NCBI GenBank assembly: GCA_032128115.1
Contig: JAQBHB010000069.1
Coordinates: forward strand, 11,801-75,800
DNA: 64,000 nucleotides
Direction: 5' to 3'
DNA from: Deltaproteobacteria bacterium
GTDB taxonomy: Bacteria > Myxococcota_A > UBA9160 > SMWR01
Shown: piece by piece, positions 18,839 to 28,300 of the stretch
How the letters are laid out: every line of letters begins with the position of its first letter
Numbering within the stretch: position 1 is the first letter of the stretch
Translations under genes and position numbers: made by a program
The notes under the pieces: generated by a model
What the model was told of the DNA's origin: nothing
The model's database searches: none
The model's input: only the letters and a program-made list of their open reading frames with translations

Positions 18839-20152
18839 ATGCGTCGCCCCCCGATCGCCGTGTGCGTCCTGGCCATGTTCGCCGTCGGCTGCGCCACGCC
18901 AGTGGGATGGCCCGGGACCTGGCCGTCGCTGGAGATCCCCTGGGGCCAGGCCCCCGTAGAGCTCGAAACCACGGCTTCGGCCGCACTCCCAGCTCCAGAG
19001 GGCGTGACCGTCGCCAGTGGTGTGCTGCGAGCGGTTCCCATCACCTGGGATCCCGTTCTGGTGGGCGACGTGGGCGGCTACCTGTTGGAGCGCGCGCCCA
19101 TGCGCGAGGGACCCTATCGGCGCATCGCACGGGTGGAAGGGCGCGCCCAGACGGCCTACCTGGATCGCGGAGAGCTGTTGTCCGACGAGCCGCCCATGCC
19201 CATGGATGACGGCGACACCTTCTTCTACCGGGTGCGCGCCTACACGTCGGCCGGGCACGTTGCGATCGAGGTGTCCGAAGTGGCGGTTGGCACCACCGCC
19301 CTGCCGCCCGACCCCCCAGCCGACCTGCGCAGCTACAGCCATCAGCCCCGAATGGTTCCGCTGAGCTGGCGTGCATCGGACAATCCCACGGTGCAGGGCT
19401 ACGTCGTCTATCGCAGCCCCAGTTCCCAGGGTCCCTTCGAACTCCTGGCCCGCCTTTCGGGCCCCCACTCCACCATCTACGTGGATCGCAACCTGGGAGC
19501 CCTGCGCGTCTTCTACTACCGGGTGGTGGCGCGCAACGCCGCCGGAGGACAGGGCGAGCCCAGCGAGGCGGTCCAGGCGGTGACGAAATCCGAGCCCCTA
19601 CCGCCCATGGGCCTCCGGGTGGTTGCGCAGCGGCTCGGCGCCAACCGCTTGACCTGGGAGCCCAACGTGGAGACCGACCTCGTGAAATACGAGCTCCGGC
19701 GCTTCCGCACGGGCGAGGATGCAGCGGAGGTGGTGACGGCCCTGCCGCCCGACGTGCGCGAGGTGGAGGACATGGAGGTGGGAGCCCGTGAGCAGCTCTC
19801 GTACACCCTGATCGCCGCAGACCGCGACGGCCTGGAGAGCCCCGCTTCGCGTAGGATCGGCGTCGAGAGCGAGGGCTACGGGCTTTCGGCCCGGGTGGAG
19901 TCCGATGGCGTGCACCTGGCCTGGAACCCGCGCACGGACGAGGGCTTCGTGGGAGCCCGTGTCTTCCGCCGCGAGTGGCTGCGCCAGCGCGACCTGGGCT
20001 TCGTGGAATCGGCCGAATTCGTGGATCACCAGGTGTCGCCGGGGCGAAGCTACCGTTACACGGTCGTTCTCGAGCGGCCCGGTGCCGTGGCGGCACCGCC
20101 CTCGATTCCGCTCGGGGTGCGCATCCCGCGCGACGACGGGCGTTTTCGTTGA
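18839..20152 (+). CDS. Fibronectin type III repeat lipoprotein
   Basis: SD AAGGAGG; lipobox AVGC; four FN3-like repeats (ITWDP..GYLLER..YRVRAY; LSWRA..GYVVYR..YYRVVA; LTWEP; LAWNP..YRYTV). Confidence 0.85.
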   Translation: MRRPPIAVCVLAMFAVGCATPVGWPGTWPSLEIPWGQAPVELETTASAALPAPEGVTVASGVLRAVPITWDPVLVGDVGGYLLERAPMREGPYRRIARVEGRAQTAYLDRGELLSDEPPMPMDDGDTFFYRVRAYTSAGHVAIEVSEVAVGTTALPPDPPADLRSYSHQPRMVPLSWRASDNPTVQGYVVYRSPSSQGPFELLARLSGPHSTIYVDRNLGALRVFYYRVVARNAAGGQGEPSEAVQAVTKSEPLPPMGLRVVAQRLGANRLTWEPNVETDLVKYELRRFRTGEDAAEVVTALPPDVREVEDMEVGAREQLSYTLIAADRDGLESPASRRIGVESEGYGLSARVESDGVHLAWNPRTDEGFVGARVFRREWLRQRDLGFVESAEFVDHQVSPGRSYRYTVVLERPGAVAAPPSIPLGVRIPRDDGRFR

Positions 20153-20192
20153 TTTTCCGCGACCACCCCCTAGACTCCCCGCCGGAGTCCGA

Positions 20193-20268
20193 TCCCCGGT
20201 AGCTCAGCTGGCAGAGCAAGCGGCTGTTAACCGCTGGGTCGTAGGTTCGAGTCCTACCCGGGGAGCCA
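20193..20268 (+). tRNA. tRNA-Asn(GTT)
   Basis: TCCCCGG/CCGGGGA acceptor, AGCGG-CTGTTAA-CCGCT anticodon arm, GGTTCGAGTCC, CCA. Confidence 0.97.
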
Positions 20269-20293
20269 GCTCCAGGCCAGAGATCACAGATCG

Positions 20294-23200
20294 GTGACAG
20301 CGATCGCGCCGTCGACCCGGACAGTCCGCGAGCAGCGCCGCAACCTGGACCTGGGGCTGGGCCTTGCCGCCCTGGCCCTCTACACGTTCGGCGTCCTTTC
20401 CGGCTGCCTCCAGAACGGCACCCTCAACTGGGACGACGCCATCTTCCTGGAGCCGGGCAACGCCGTCCTGCGCTTCGATGTGGCCCAGATGGCACGCCAG
20501 GTGGTGCTGGCCAACTACCACCCGATCACGCTCTTGAGTCTGGCCATCGATCAGCGACTGTTCGGTCTGGATCCCTTCTCCTTCCATCTCACCAACCTCT
20601 TGCTGCACGTGGCCAACACCCTGTTGGTGGTCCTGTTCGTGCGGCGGGTGGCGACCGGCGGCCTGACCGTTCCTTTCCTGTGCGGGATCCTGTTCGCGGT
20701 GCACCCGCTCCACGTGGAATCGGTGGCCTGGATCGCCGAACGCAAGGATGTCCTCTCCACTGCGTTCTTCCTGCTGACTCTCCTGGCCTGGCTGCGGTTT
20801 CGCGACCGCGGGGGCGCCGTGGCCTACGCGGTAACGCTTTTCGCCTTCGCATTGGCGCTGCTCTCGAAGCCCATGACGATCACCGCGCCCGTGGTCTTCC
20901 TGGCCCTCGACTACCGCTTCGGACGACGCCCGGATCTGCGCCGCGTGGGCCTGCACGCGCCCTTCTTCGCGCTGGCAATCGCGGCGGGCCTGGCCAACGT
21001 GATCTCGCAGACACCGCCCGACACCAGCCACTTCGCGGTCTACGGGGGGGGCGTGCTTGCGCGCCTGGGAATCGGATTGCAGTCGCTGGTCTTCTACGTG
21101 TCGAAGACCGTCGTTCCCCATGGGCTGAGCGGCTACTACGATGCGGAGCGGGTCGCCGTCGCCCCCTGGCAGATGCTCGTGGCCGCGGGCGCCGGCGTCG
21201 CTGCGGGCGCGCTCCTGAAACTCAGGCCAGATCTCCGGCGCGAAGCCCTCTTCGGACTCCTGTTCTTCTTCATCACCGTGGCCCCGGTGCTGAAGGTGAT
21301 TCCCTTTGGCGGTCACTCGCTGTTCAACGACCGCTACATGTACCTGCCGAGCATCGGCCTGTTCCTGGTGGCAGCACTTCCGTTTCGCGACGTGCTCCGA
21401 TGGGCGGCGATCCCCCGGGCCGCGACCCTCACCGCGGGGGCAGCCCTGCTGCTGGCGTTCTCGATCCAGAGCGCCCAGCGGGTGACGGTGTGGCGAGACT
21501 CGGGGACGTTCTGGCGAGACGTGCTCGCCGTGGTTCCCGGTACCCCGGTGGCCCACAACAACCTGGGCCGGTACTACCTGGACGAGCGACGCGACCTGGA
21601 TCGCGCCGAGGCCGAGTTCGAGGCGGCAGCTCGCGCCCGCCCCGAGTTCGCCACGCCTTACTTCAACCTCGGGGTCATCCACCAACAACGCGGCCACTTC
21701 GCGATGGCCGCCCGAAATTACGAGCGGTTCGTCGAGCTGGATCCCTCCGATGTCAAAGGGCGCATCTCGATCGGCGCCTTCTACATCAGCAACGATGACC
21801 TGGATCGGGCGGTGAGCCACCTGGAGGCCGCAAACGCCGCGGCCGGGGGCTCGGCACTCGCCCTCTACAACCTGGGCGTTGCCCACTACCAGGCCGGCCG
21901 GCTCGACGATGCGGAACGCGCCCACCGCGAGGCCGTGGCGATCCGCCCGGATCTCGCCGAATCCTGGGCGAGCCTGGGAGACATCCATCGAAAACGCGGC
22001 CAGCACGAGGAGGCGCTGGTCTTCTACGAAAAGGCAGTGGAGCTGGGCTACGACCTGGGCCCGAAGCGTCTGGAGCGGATGCGCCGGCGCGCCGCCCCCC
22101 CCGACCCGCGACCCAACGTCGTGCTGATCAGCATCGACACCCTGCGTGCCGACCACCTGGGCAGCTATGGCTTCGGGCTCGACACGAGCCCACGCATCGA
22201 CACCCTGGCCCGCGACGGCGTCGTCTTCGAGCGCGCCATCGCCGCAGCCAGCGCTACCGCGCCCTCCCACGCCTCGATCCTGACATCCCTGTATCCGCGC
22301 GAGCACTCCATCGGTCACCACAATGGCGCCACGCGCCTGGAGGGGACAGCGACCCTGGCCCAGGTCTTTCGCGACGCGGGCTTTGCCACGGCGGCCTTCG
22401 TGGGAAACCTGCTCCTGCAACGCCGCACCGGCTTCGACACCGGCTTCGACGTCTACGATGACGAACTCCACGCGGGCGAGCGCAACCGCGAATCGATCCT
22501 GGAGCGCGGCGCCGAAGCCACCACCCAACGCGCCCTCGACTGGCTGGCGGCCCAGGGGACCCACCCTTTCTTCCTGTGGGTGCACTACCAGGACCCCCAT
22601 GGGCCCTACGAGGCCCCCGCGGACTGGGCGGGACGCTTCCGTGTCGTCGGCGAGCCCGATGAGAAGCCGCTTCCGATCCTGTCCAACGACCTGGGCTGGG
22701 GCGGGATCCCGGCCTACCAGGTAATCGAGGGTCTCGACCGCCTGAGTCAATACCGAAGCCGTTACGCCGACGAGGTCCACTACGCCGATCACTGGATCGG
22801 CGAGCTGATAGCGGCGGTGGACGCCCAGGCGCGCGACGCCATCGTGCTGTTGACCTCGGACCACGGCGAGGCCTTCGGAGAGAACGACCGCTACCTGGTC
22901 CATTTCTACACGTCGACCCCGGAGAACGCCCACGTCCCGCTGATCCTGCGCGCCCCGGGCCTGCCACCTGGGCGCCGGCCCGGCATCGCAAGCCACGTGG
23001 ACGTGATGCCCACGCTCCTCGAGTTGGCCGGCCTCGACGCGCCGCCGGGCCTTCGGGGCATCGCGCTGGGACCCCTGGTGCGGGGCGATCGTCCCCTGCC
23101 GGATCGAACGGTCTACTGCGACACGGGTCGCGAACTGTCCGCCTATGAACGCGGCGGCTTCCTGCGGGTCCTGGGCGGCGGGCGCGGCGGCCCGCGACCG

Positions 23201-23374
23201 GTGGTCACGCGCTACGAGTGGAGCGAAGACGGCGCCTGGACCCGCTCGCCACAGCCAGCCCGCCTCTCCCCCTCGCTGCGCGAGCACCTGAAGAAGCGAC
23301 CCCCCACCGTGACGGCGCCCGCCATGCCCTCGCGTCTCGCGCGCCAGCTGCGGGCTCTGGGTTATGCCGAGTAG
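20294..23374 (+). CDS. Fusion of TMTC-like GT-C membrane glycosyltransferase, TPR repeats and sulfatase-like (alkaline phosphatase superfamily) domain
   Basis: WDD, YHP, FHLTNLLLH, FAVHPLHVESVAWIAERKD, DRYMYLP; about five TPRs; PNVVLISIDTLRADH, TAPSHAS, QDPHGPY, TSDHGE. Confidence 0.88.
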   Translation: MTAIAPSTRTVREQRRNLDLGLGLAALALYTFGVLSGCLQNGTLNWDDAIFLEPGNAVLRFDVAQMARQVVLANYHPITLLSLAIDQRLFGLDPFSFHLTNLLLHVANTLLVVLFVRRVATGGLTVPFLCGILFAVHPLHVESVAWIAERKDVLSTAFFLLTLLAWLRFRDRGGAVAYAVTLFAFALALLSKPMTITAPVVFLALDYRFGRRPDLRRVGLHAPFFALAIAAGLANVISQTPPDTSHFAVYGGGVLARLGIGLQSLVFYVSKTVVPHGLSGYYDAERVAVAPWQMLVAAGAGVAAGALLKLRPDLRREALFGLLFFFITVAPVLKVIPFGGHSLFNDRYMYLPSIGLFLVAALPFRDVLRWAAIPRAATLTAGAALLLAFSIQSAQRVTVWRDSGTFWRDVLAVVPGTPVAHNNLGRYYLDERRDLDRAEAEFEAAARARPEFATPYFNLGVIHQQRGHFAMAARNYERFVELDPSDVKGRISIGAFYISNDDLDRAVSHLEAANAAAGGSALALYNLGVAHYQAGRLDDAERAHREAVAIRPDLAESWASLGDIHRKRGQHEEALVFYEKAVELGYDLGPKRLERMRRRAAPPDPRPNVVLISIDTLRADHLGSYGFGLDTSPRIDTLARDGVVFERAIAAASATAPSHASILTSLYPREHSIGHHNGATRLEGTATLAQVFRDAGFATAAFVGNLLLQRRTGFDTGFDVYDDELHAGERNRESILERGAEATTQRALDWLAAQGTHPFFLWVHYQDPHGPYEAPADWAGRFRVVGEPDEKPLPILSNDLGWGGIPAYQVIEGLDRLSQYRSRYADEVHYADHWIGELIAAVDAQARDAIVLLTSDHGEAFGENDRYLVHFYTSTPENAHVPLILRAPGLPPGRRPGIASHVDVMPTLLELAGLDAPPGLRGIALGPLVRGDRPLPDRTVYCDTGRELSAYERGGFLRVLGGGRGGPRPVVTRYEWSEDGAWTRSPQPARLSPSLREHLKKRPPTVTAPAMPSRLARQLRALGYAE

Positions 23375-23454
23375 TTCGCGCACGGGCCCGAATCCGCTTC
23401 CGTTCACCGCTCCGGGGCCGATACAATCCCCCCTCACAGGGGGGAGTCGGCTCG

Positions 23455-24033
23455 ATGCATGGAAGGACCGCGGCGCGGAGTCGCGCTGCAGTCATCGTCG
23501 CCTGGGCTCTGTGTGCTGCCGCATGGAGCCCTGCAGCGTTCGCGGAGCAGGCCTGGATCAAGGAGGGTCTGCGTCTTTCGCTGCGCACCACCCCTAGCGC
23601 CGACGCGCGGGTGGTGGGCCTGGTGAAGACCGGCGACGTGGTCGAGGTCCTGGAACGCGGCGAGGAGTGGACGCAGATCCGGGTGAACGGCACCCAGGAG
23701 GCCTGGATTCGTGCCGGTTACCTGCAGTCTGGCCCGCCGTCGGCGGTGCTGCTGGCGCAGCGGGACGCCGAGGCCGCCGAGCTCAGGAAACGCCTGGCGA
23801 AACTCACCCAGGACGCCGAGCAGGTGCAGTCGGATTACCAGGACCTGTCGCAACGCGACGGGGGCCAGACCGAGACCATCGCCCGCCTGGAGCGCGAGAA
23901 CGTGCGGCTCGAGAGCCAGACCCAGCGTTGGCCCGAGTGGATTGCCGGAGCCTGTATCCTCTCGGTGGGAATGATCCTGGGCGCGATGCTCCGCGGCACG
24001 GGACGGCCCAAGCAGCCCAAGCTGCGCTTCTAG
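23455..24033 (+). CDS. SH3 domain protein with coiled coil and C-terminal TM anchor (YgiM/TIGR04211-like)
   Basis: Signal peptide (AAFA), SH3b (LRTTPS...WTQIRVNGTQEAWI), coiled coil, TM then basic tail. Confidence 0.85.
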   Translation: MHGRTAARSRAAVIVAWALCAAAWSPAAFAEQAWIKEGLRLSLRTTPSADARVVGLVKTGDVVEVLERGEEWTQIRVNGTQEAWIRAGYLQSGPPSAVLLAQRDAEAAELRKRLAKLTQDAEQVQSDYQDLSQRDGGQTETIARLERENVRLESQTQRWPEWIAGACILSVGMILGAMLRGTGRPKQPKLRF

Positions 24034-24041
24034 CGCCGGGC

Positions 24042-25388
24042 TCACTCGGCCAGGAAGTCGGCCAGCTTCGAGGCGTTCTCGGTCTTCGTGATCAGCAGCA
24101 CCCTGTCGCCGGCTTCCACCCGGTCGGTCCCTCCCGGCACAAGCAGCTTCTCACCGCGGCGCAGGGCCGCCACGATCGTCCCCGGCGGCCTCACCTCGGC
24201 CAGGGTGCCGGCGGTGAGCCGGCTTCGCCGTGACGGCTCCGCCTCGACGATCTCGATCTGGTCCGCCAGCAGCTGGGCCACGGATCGCACGCGACCCCCG
24301 CGAATGGTATCCAGGGTCAAGCCGATGGCGAGCACGCGCGGACTGATGATGGCATCGATTCCGATCTCCTCCACCAGCTCCACCAGCGCTGGATTGTCCA
24401 CCAGCACCACCGAGCGCCCGGCGCCCAGGCGCTTGGCCATCAGTCCCGCCACCAGGTTCGACTCGTGGTTGTCGGTCACGGCCACGAACGACGCCACCCG
24501 ATCGATCTCCTCTTCTTCAAGCACCGCGCGGTCCGTGGGCGCGCCCCGGATCACGGTGGTGCGCGTCAGCAGCTCGGCGGCCCGGCGCGCCAGCGCCTCG
24601 TCCTCCTCGATCAGCGAGACGGCGACGCCCAGGCTTTCCAGGCGACGCGCCAGCTCGATCCCGATGGCCCCGGCGCCGGCGATCATCACGCTGCGGCGCG
24701 GATCGGGCTGGATCCCGATGGCCTCGAGCACGTCGGAGAAGTGCTCGCGTGCGATGGCGAAGTAGACCAGGTCACCGTCTTCGATTCCGTCGCTTTCGCC
24801 CGGAATCAGCCAGCCGTCCTTGCGGTGGATCGCCACCGCCATGGTGCGCGTGGCGGCAAACAGCTGCTGCAGGTCGCCCACCCGCACGCCCACCAGGCCC
24901 GAGTCCTCATTCATTCGGAAGCCCGCCACCAGCAGCTCGCCGTCCATGAACGACACCACGTCCACGGCGCCCCGCACCTCCAACAGGGCGGCAATCCGGT
25001 CGACGGCCGCCTGCTCCGGGTTCACGCAGATGTGGTCCCCGGCATGGTCGCGGCTGATCAGTTCGAAGGTCGCCACGTGGTCCGCCGCGTGCAGGCGCGC
25101 CACGATCCGCGGCACCCCGAACAGCGACGAGGCCAGCAGCGCGACGATCATGTTGGTCTCGTCCGAATTGGTGGCCGCCACCACCACGTCCGCGTCGCCG
25201 ATGCGAGCCTGGCGCAGGACGTTGGCCGTGGCGCCGTTTCCCTCGACGATGCGCAGGTCGAGATTCTCGGACACGCTGCGCAGGCGGCCGGGCTCCGCAT
25301 CCACCAGGGAGACGTCGTGGCCATCGCCACAAAGGCGCTCCGCCAGGGTGGTACCCACGAGCCCGGCACCCACGATCACGATGTGCAT
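24042..25388 (-). CDS. trkA: Trk potassium transport regulatory subunit TrkA
   Basis: Two RCK repeats with GAGLVG and GAGAIG nucleotide-binding motifs; 448 aa. Confidence 0.93.
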   Translation of the reverse strand: MHIVIVGAGLVGTTLAERLCGDGHDVSLVDAEPGRLRSVSENLDLRIVEGNGATANVLRQARIGDADVVVAATNSDETNMIVALLASSLFGVPRIVARLHAADHVATFELISRDHAGDHICVNPEQAAVDRIAALLEVRGAVDVVSFMDGELLVAGFRMNEDSGLVGVRVGDLQQLFAATRTMAVAIHRKDGWLIPGESDGIEDGDLVYFAIAREHFSDVLEAIGIQPDPRRSVMIAGAGAIGIELARRLESLGVAVSLIEEDEALARRAAELLTRTTVIRGAPTDRAVLEEEEIDRVASFVAVTDNHESNLVAGLMAKRLGAGRSVVLVDNPALVELVEEIGIDAIISPRVLAIGLTLDTIRGGRVRSVAQLLADQIEIVEAEPSRRSRLTAGTLAEVRPPGTIVAALRRGEKLLVPGGTDRVEAGDRVLLITKTENASKLADFLAE

Positions 25389-25439
25389 GCCCGGATGTTA
25401 CGCCCTCCAGGCGCGACTCGCCGCGCCTGGACCCGACTT

Positions 25440-26822
25440 TCAGAGGCGGGCCGGGATCAGGAACATGGCGGCGCCCGTCACCGCGAAACAGGCCAGCGCC
25501 ACCAGGAACGTGTAGCCCACCACGTCGCCGAAACGGAGTCGGGTCACCGCCAGCATCGGGATGGCGAAGAAGGGCTGGATCAGGTTGGTGGTGGAGTCGC
25601 CGTAGGCGTAGGCCAGCAGAACCGTCACGACCGAAACGTCCAGTTGCTCGCCCGCCGGGATCAGATAGGGCGCCTCGATCAGCCACTTGGAGCCGGCCGA
25701 GGGAACGAACAGGTTCATGATCGCCGAGTACACGTAGACCACGAACGGATACGTGCGCTGGTTGGCGAAGTCGGTGAAGAGACCCTCGATCCAGGATCCC
25801 AAGCCGGTGTTCTGCATGAGACCGAAGATTCCGGCGTAGAAAGGGAATTGCACGATGATCCCCCACGCCGCGTCCACGCCGTTCCGGCACGCGCGCAGAA
25901 ACGAGATCGGTCTGCCGTGGAGCAGCATCGCCACCACCAGGAACGTCACGTTGTAGGCGTTGATGGTCCAGCTGGTGCCGAAGCCGCGCGTTGCAATGGA
26001 GTGACCCAGGGGGTAGGCGAGCAGGATCACCGCGAGCGCCGTCCAGCCCCGGAAGGCGTCGACCCGGGCCCCGGGGGTGGCTGGCTCTGCGGGGGGATCC
26101 GGAGGCGTGGGCAGGATCCGCTCCAACTGTTCGGGCGTGAAGGTCACCGGGTTGCACCGCGGGTGCAGGGCCGCCACCACCCATAGCGCCACGCCACCGA
26201 TCACGAACACGTAGGCCAGGTTGAACGCGTTGAAGAGCGTCTCGGTCACGGGGAACAGGCGGTCGACGACGCCCACCCCGGTGCTGGGATCCAGAAGCGG
26301 GTTCCCCGGCGTGGCCAGGATCAGGGGCGCCGATCCCGAGAGACCTCCGTGCCACACGGTGCCGAGCCCCAGGTAGGCGGCGGCGATCACCACGCGAATG
26401 TCTGCCTTCGGATTTCGCCGGCAGATGAACGGAACGAACAGCGCGCACGCCACCAGGCACAGGGCCCAGTTCAGGTAGCCCGTCACCAGTGAAAAGCAGC
26501 CAGCCAGCACCACGGCCTGCACCGGACGCTCGGGATCCGGGACGCCCGCCAGTCGATCCAGCAGCCGGAACACGGGCCGCGAGGCCACACAGGCGTGGGC
26601 CGCGACCATGGCAATCGTGAACTGCATGGCCAGGCCGAGCAGCACCCACACCCCGTCGCCCCAGGCCAGCACGGCCTCCTCTGGGCTCGCGCCCGCCCCG
26701 GCCGTGGCCAGCACCAGGGCGATGGCGGTGAGGATCATGCAGATCACCCACGCGTCGGGCACCCAGCGCTCGGTGAAACGCGACAGCCCGGACCCCAGAT
26801 CGCGAAGTGCATCGAACCCCAC
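25440..26822 (-). CDS. atoE: Short-chain fatty acid transporter (AtoE/TIGR00366 family)
   Basis: ERWVPDAW, LAMQF, WHGGLSGSAPL, QFPFYAGIFGLM, VPSAGSKW, YGDSTTNLIQPF. Confidence 0.88.
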   Translation of the reverse strand: MGFDALRDLGSGLSRFTERWVPDAWVICMILTAIALVLATAGAGASPEEAVLAWGDGVWVLLGLAMQFTIAMVAAHACVASRPVFRLLDRLAGVPDPERPVQAVVLAGCFSLVTGYLNWALCLVACALFVPFICRRNPKADIRVVIAAAYLGLGTVWHGGLSGSAPLILATPGNPLLDPSTGVGVVDRLFPVTETLFNAFNLAYVFVIGGVALWVVAALHPRCNPVTFTPEQLERILPTPPDPPAEPATPGARVDAFRGWTALAVILLAYPLGHSIATRGFGTSWTINAYNVTFLVVAMLLHGRPISFLRACRNGVDAAWGIIVQFPFYAGIFGLMQNTGLGSWIEGLFTDFANQRTYPFVVYVYSAIMNLFVPSAGSKWLIEAPYLIPAGEQLDVSVVTVLLAYAYGDSTTNLIQPFFAIPMLAVTRLRFGDVVGYTFLVALACFAVTGAAMFLIPARL

Positions 26823-26828
26823 CGACTC

Positions 26829-28229
26829 CTACCCGAGCACTCCCAGCTGGTCGAGGACGGTGAGCGCGCTGAAGTATCCGAAGAACAGCAGCGACGCCAC
26901 CAGCGCCGCCATGCGCACCGGACCCGGACGCAGGATTCCGCGCAGGCTCGTGGCGTTCATCCACAGCAACAGCCCCGAATACAGGAACATGACGATGCCG
27001 TTGAGCGATGCCGACAAGACGATCAGCGCGAACGGTCGGTCGAAACCCGAGGCGAGCACGGCGATCCCGAATGCGATCATGCCCCAGACCACGCCGAAGT
27101 AGAGCTGCGAGAGCCCGACGCGCCGGAACCGTCCCACCTTCAGCAGGTCGGCGGTCACGCGGGCCACGCCGTCGAGCAGCGCGAGCTCCGTCGAGAACAG
27201 CACCAGAACGCCGACAGCCAGGAACACGGATCGGCCCCAGGAGCCCACCCGACCCTCGATGGCCAGTGCCTCCTGGCGAATGAAATCAAACCCTTCGCCC
27301 AGGGGCGCACCGGGCTCCAGCAGGGTGGCCGCCAGCAGGCAGAACAGCGCCAGGGATGCCAGACACAGGCAGTAGAACGAGAGGAAGTGCTCCAGGTTGG
27401 TGCGGCGCCACCAGACCCGCCAGCGCGACCGATTCTCCGGGGTGTCCTCGAAGACGTACCCCACGCCGCCTGCCGCCTCCTCGCGGCCGGTGAAGGGGCT
27501 GGTGATGCGACCCACCCAGCGGCCCATGCCGTAGCCCTTGTCCACGATGTAGTTCGACTGGGCCAGATTCATGGATCCCCCGGCGCCGGCGAACGCAAGG
27601 GCACCAAGCAGGACCGGCCAGTGAACACCCTCGGGAATCCTGCCCACCTGGACCGCGCCTTCCAGCAGCGCCACCACCGTGTCTGCCCGCACGAACCGGG
27701 CCACGAGCACCAGCAGCAGCGCGAAGATCAGCGCCACCAGCCCCATCTGGATCGCCTCGACGGTGCGGTAGACCACGGGCCCCACCGACAGGATCGCGCC
27801 GCACAGGAGCAGGCCGCCGATGGCGGTGGCGGTGACGGGGATCTCCAGCTGCCACGAAAGCAGGGTCGCGGCGCCGACGGCCCAACCGGGCCAGATCCAC
27901 GGCACGGTGGCGCACACCAGGAAGATCGGGCCGAACAGCCGCCCCATGCGAACGAAACCCACCACCGCGCTCTCGCCGGTGGCCAGGCTCCAGCGTTCGA
28001 TTTCCATGTTGAGGAAGAACTGGATCGTGACGCCGATCCAACACGCCCAGAACAACGCGAAGCCCCACTCGGCGGTGAGCCTCGGCCACAGCACGAACTC
28101 GCCACTGCCGATGGAGAGGCCGGCGAGGATGATGCTCGGGCCGATCAGGCGCCGCAGCGGAAGCGGCTCGGGAAGCTCCCGGACCTCCGGGGCGGGCAGA
28201 AAGCGGTCGCGAATCCGCAGGATCGGCAT
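26829..28229 (-). CDS. Nramp-like / APC superfamily transporter
   Basis: IGPSIILAGLSIGSGEFVLWP, EIERWSLATGES, AFAGAGG; about 11 TM segments. Confidence 0.82.
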   Translation of the reverse strand: MPILRIRDRFLPAPEVRELPEPLPLRRLIGPSIILAGLSIGSGEFVLWPRLTAEWGFALFWACWIGVTIQFFLNMEIERWSLATGESAVVGFVRMGRLFGPIFLVCATVPWIWPGWAVGAATLLSWQLEIPVTATAIGGLLLCGAILSVGPVVYRTVEAIQMGLVALIFALLLVLVARFVRADTVVALLEGAVQVGRIPEGVHWPVLLGALAFAGAGGSMNLAQSNYIVDKGYGMGRWVGRITSPFTGREEAAGGVGYVFEDTPENRSRWRVWWRRTNLEHFLSFYCLCLASLALFCLLAATLLEPGAPLGEGFDFIRQEALAIEGRVGSWGRSVFLAVGVLVLFSTELALLDGVARVTADLLKVGRFRRVGLSQLYFGVVWGMIAFGIAVLASGFDRPFALIVLSASLNGIVMFLYSGLLLWMNATSLRGILRPGPVRMAALVASLLFFGYFSALTVLDQLGVLG

Positions 28230-28300
28230 GGCCCCCAAAGTCCGGCCGTTGTACCCGATGTGCCCCGGGTTGGAAAGCTGGGGCCGGAGCTGGGGCCAGG

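Noticed and set aside
20204..23437. Very long antisense ORFs (also 44572-47625, 56701-60540, 60056-62815)
   Set aside because: They mirror real genes codon for codon, a common artefact of high third-position GC, and show no family motifs
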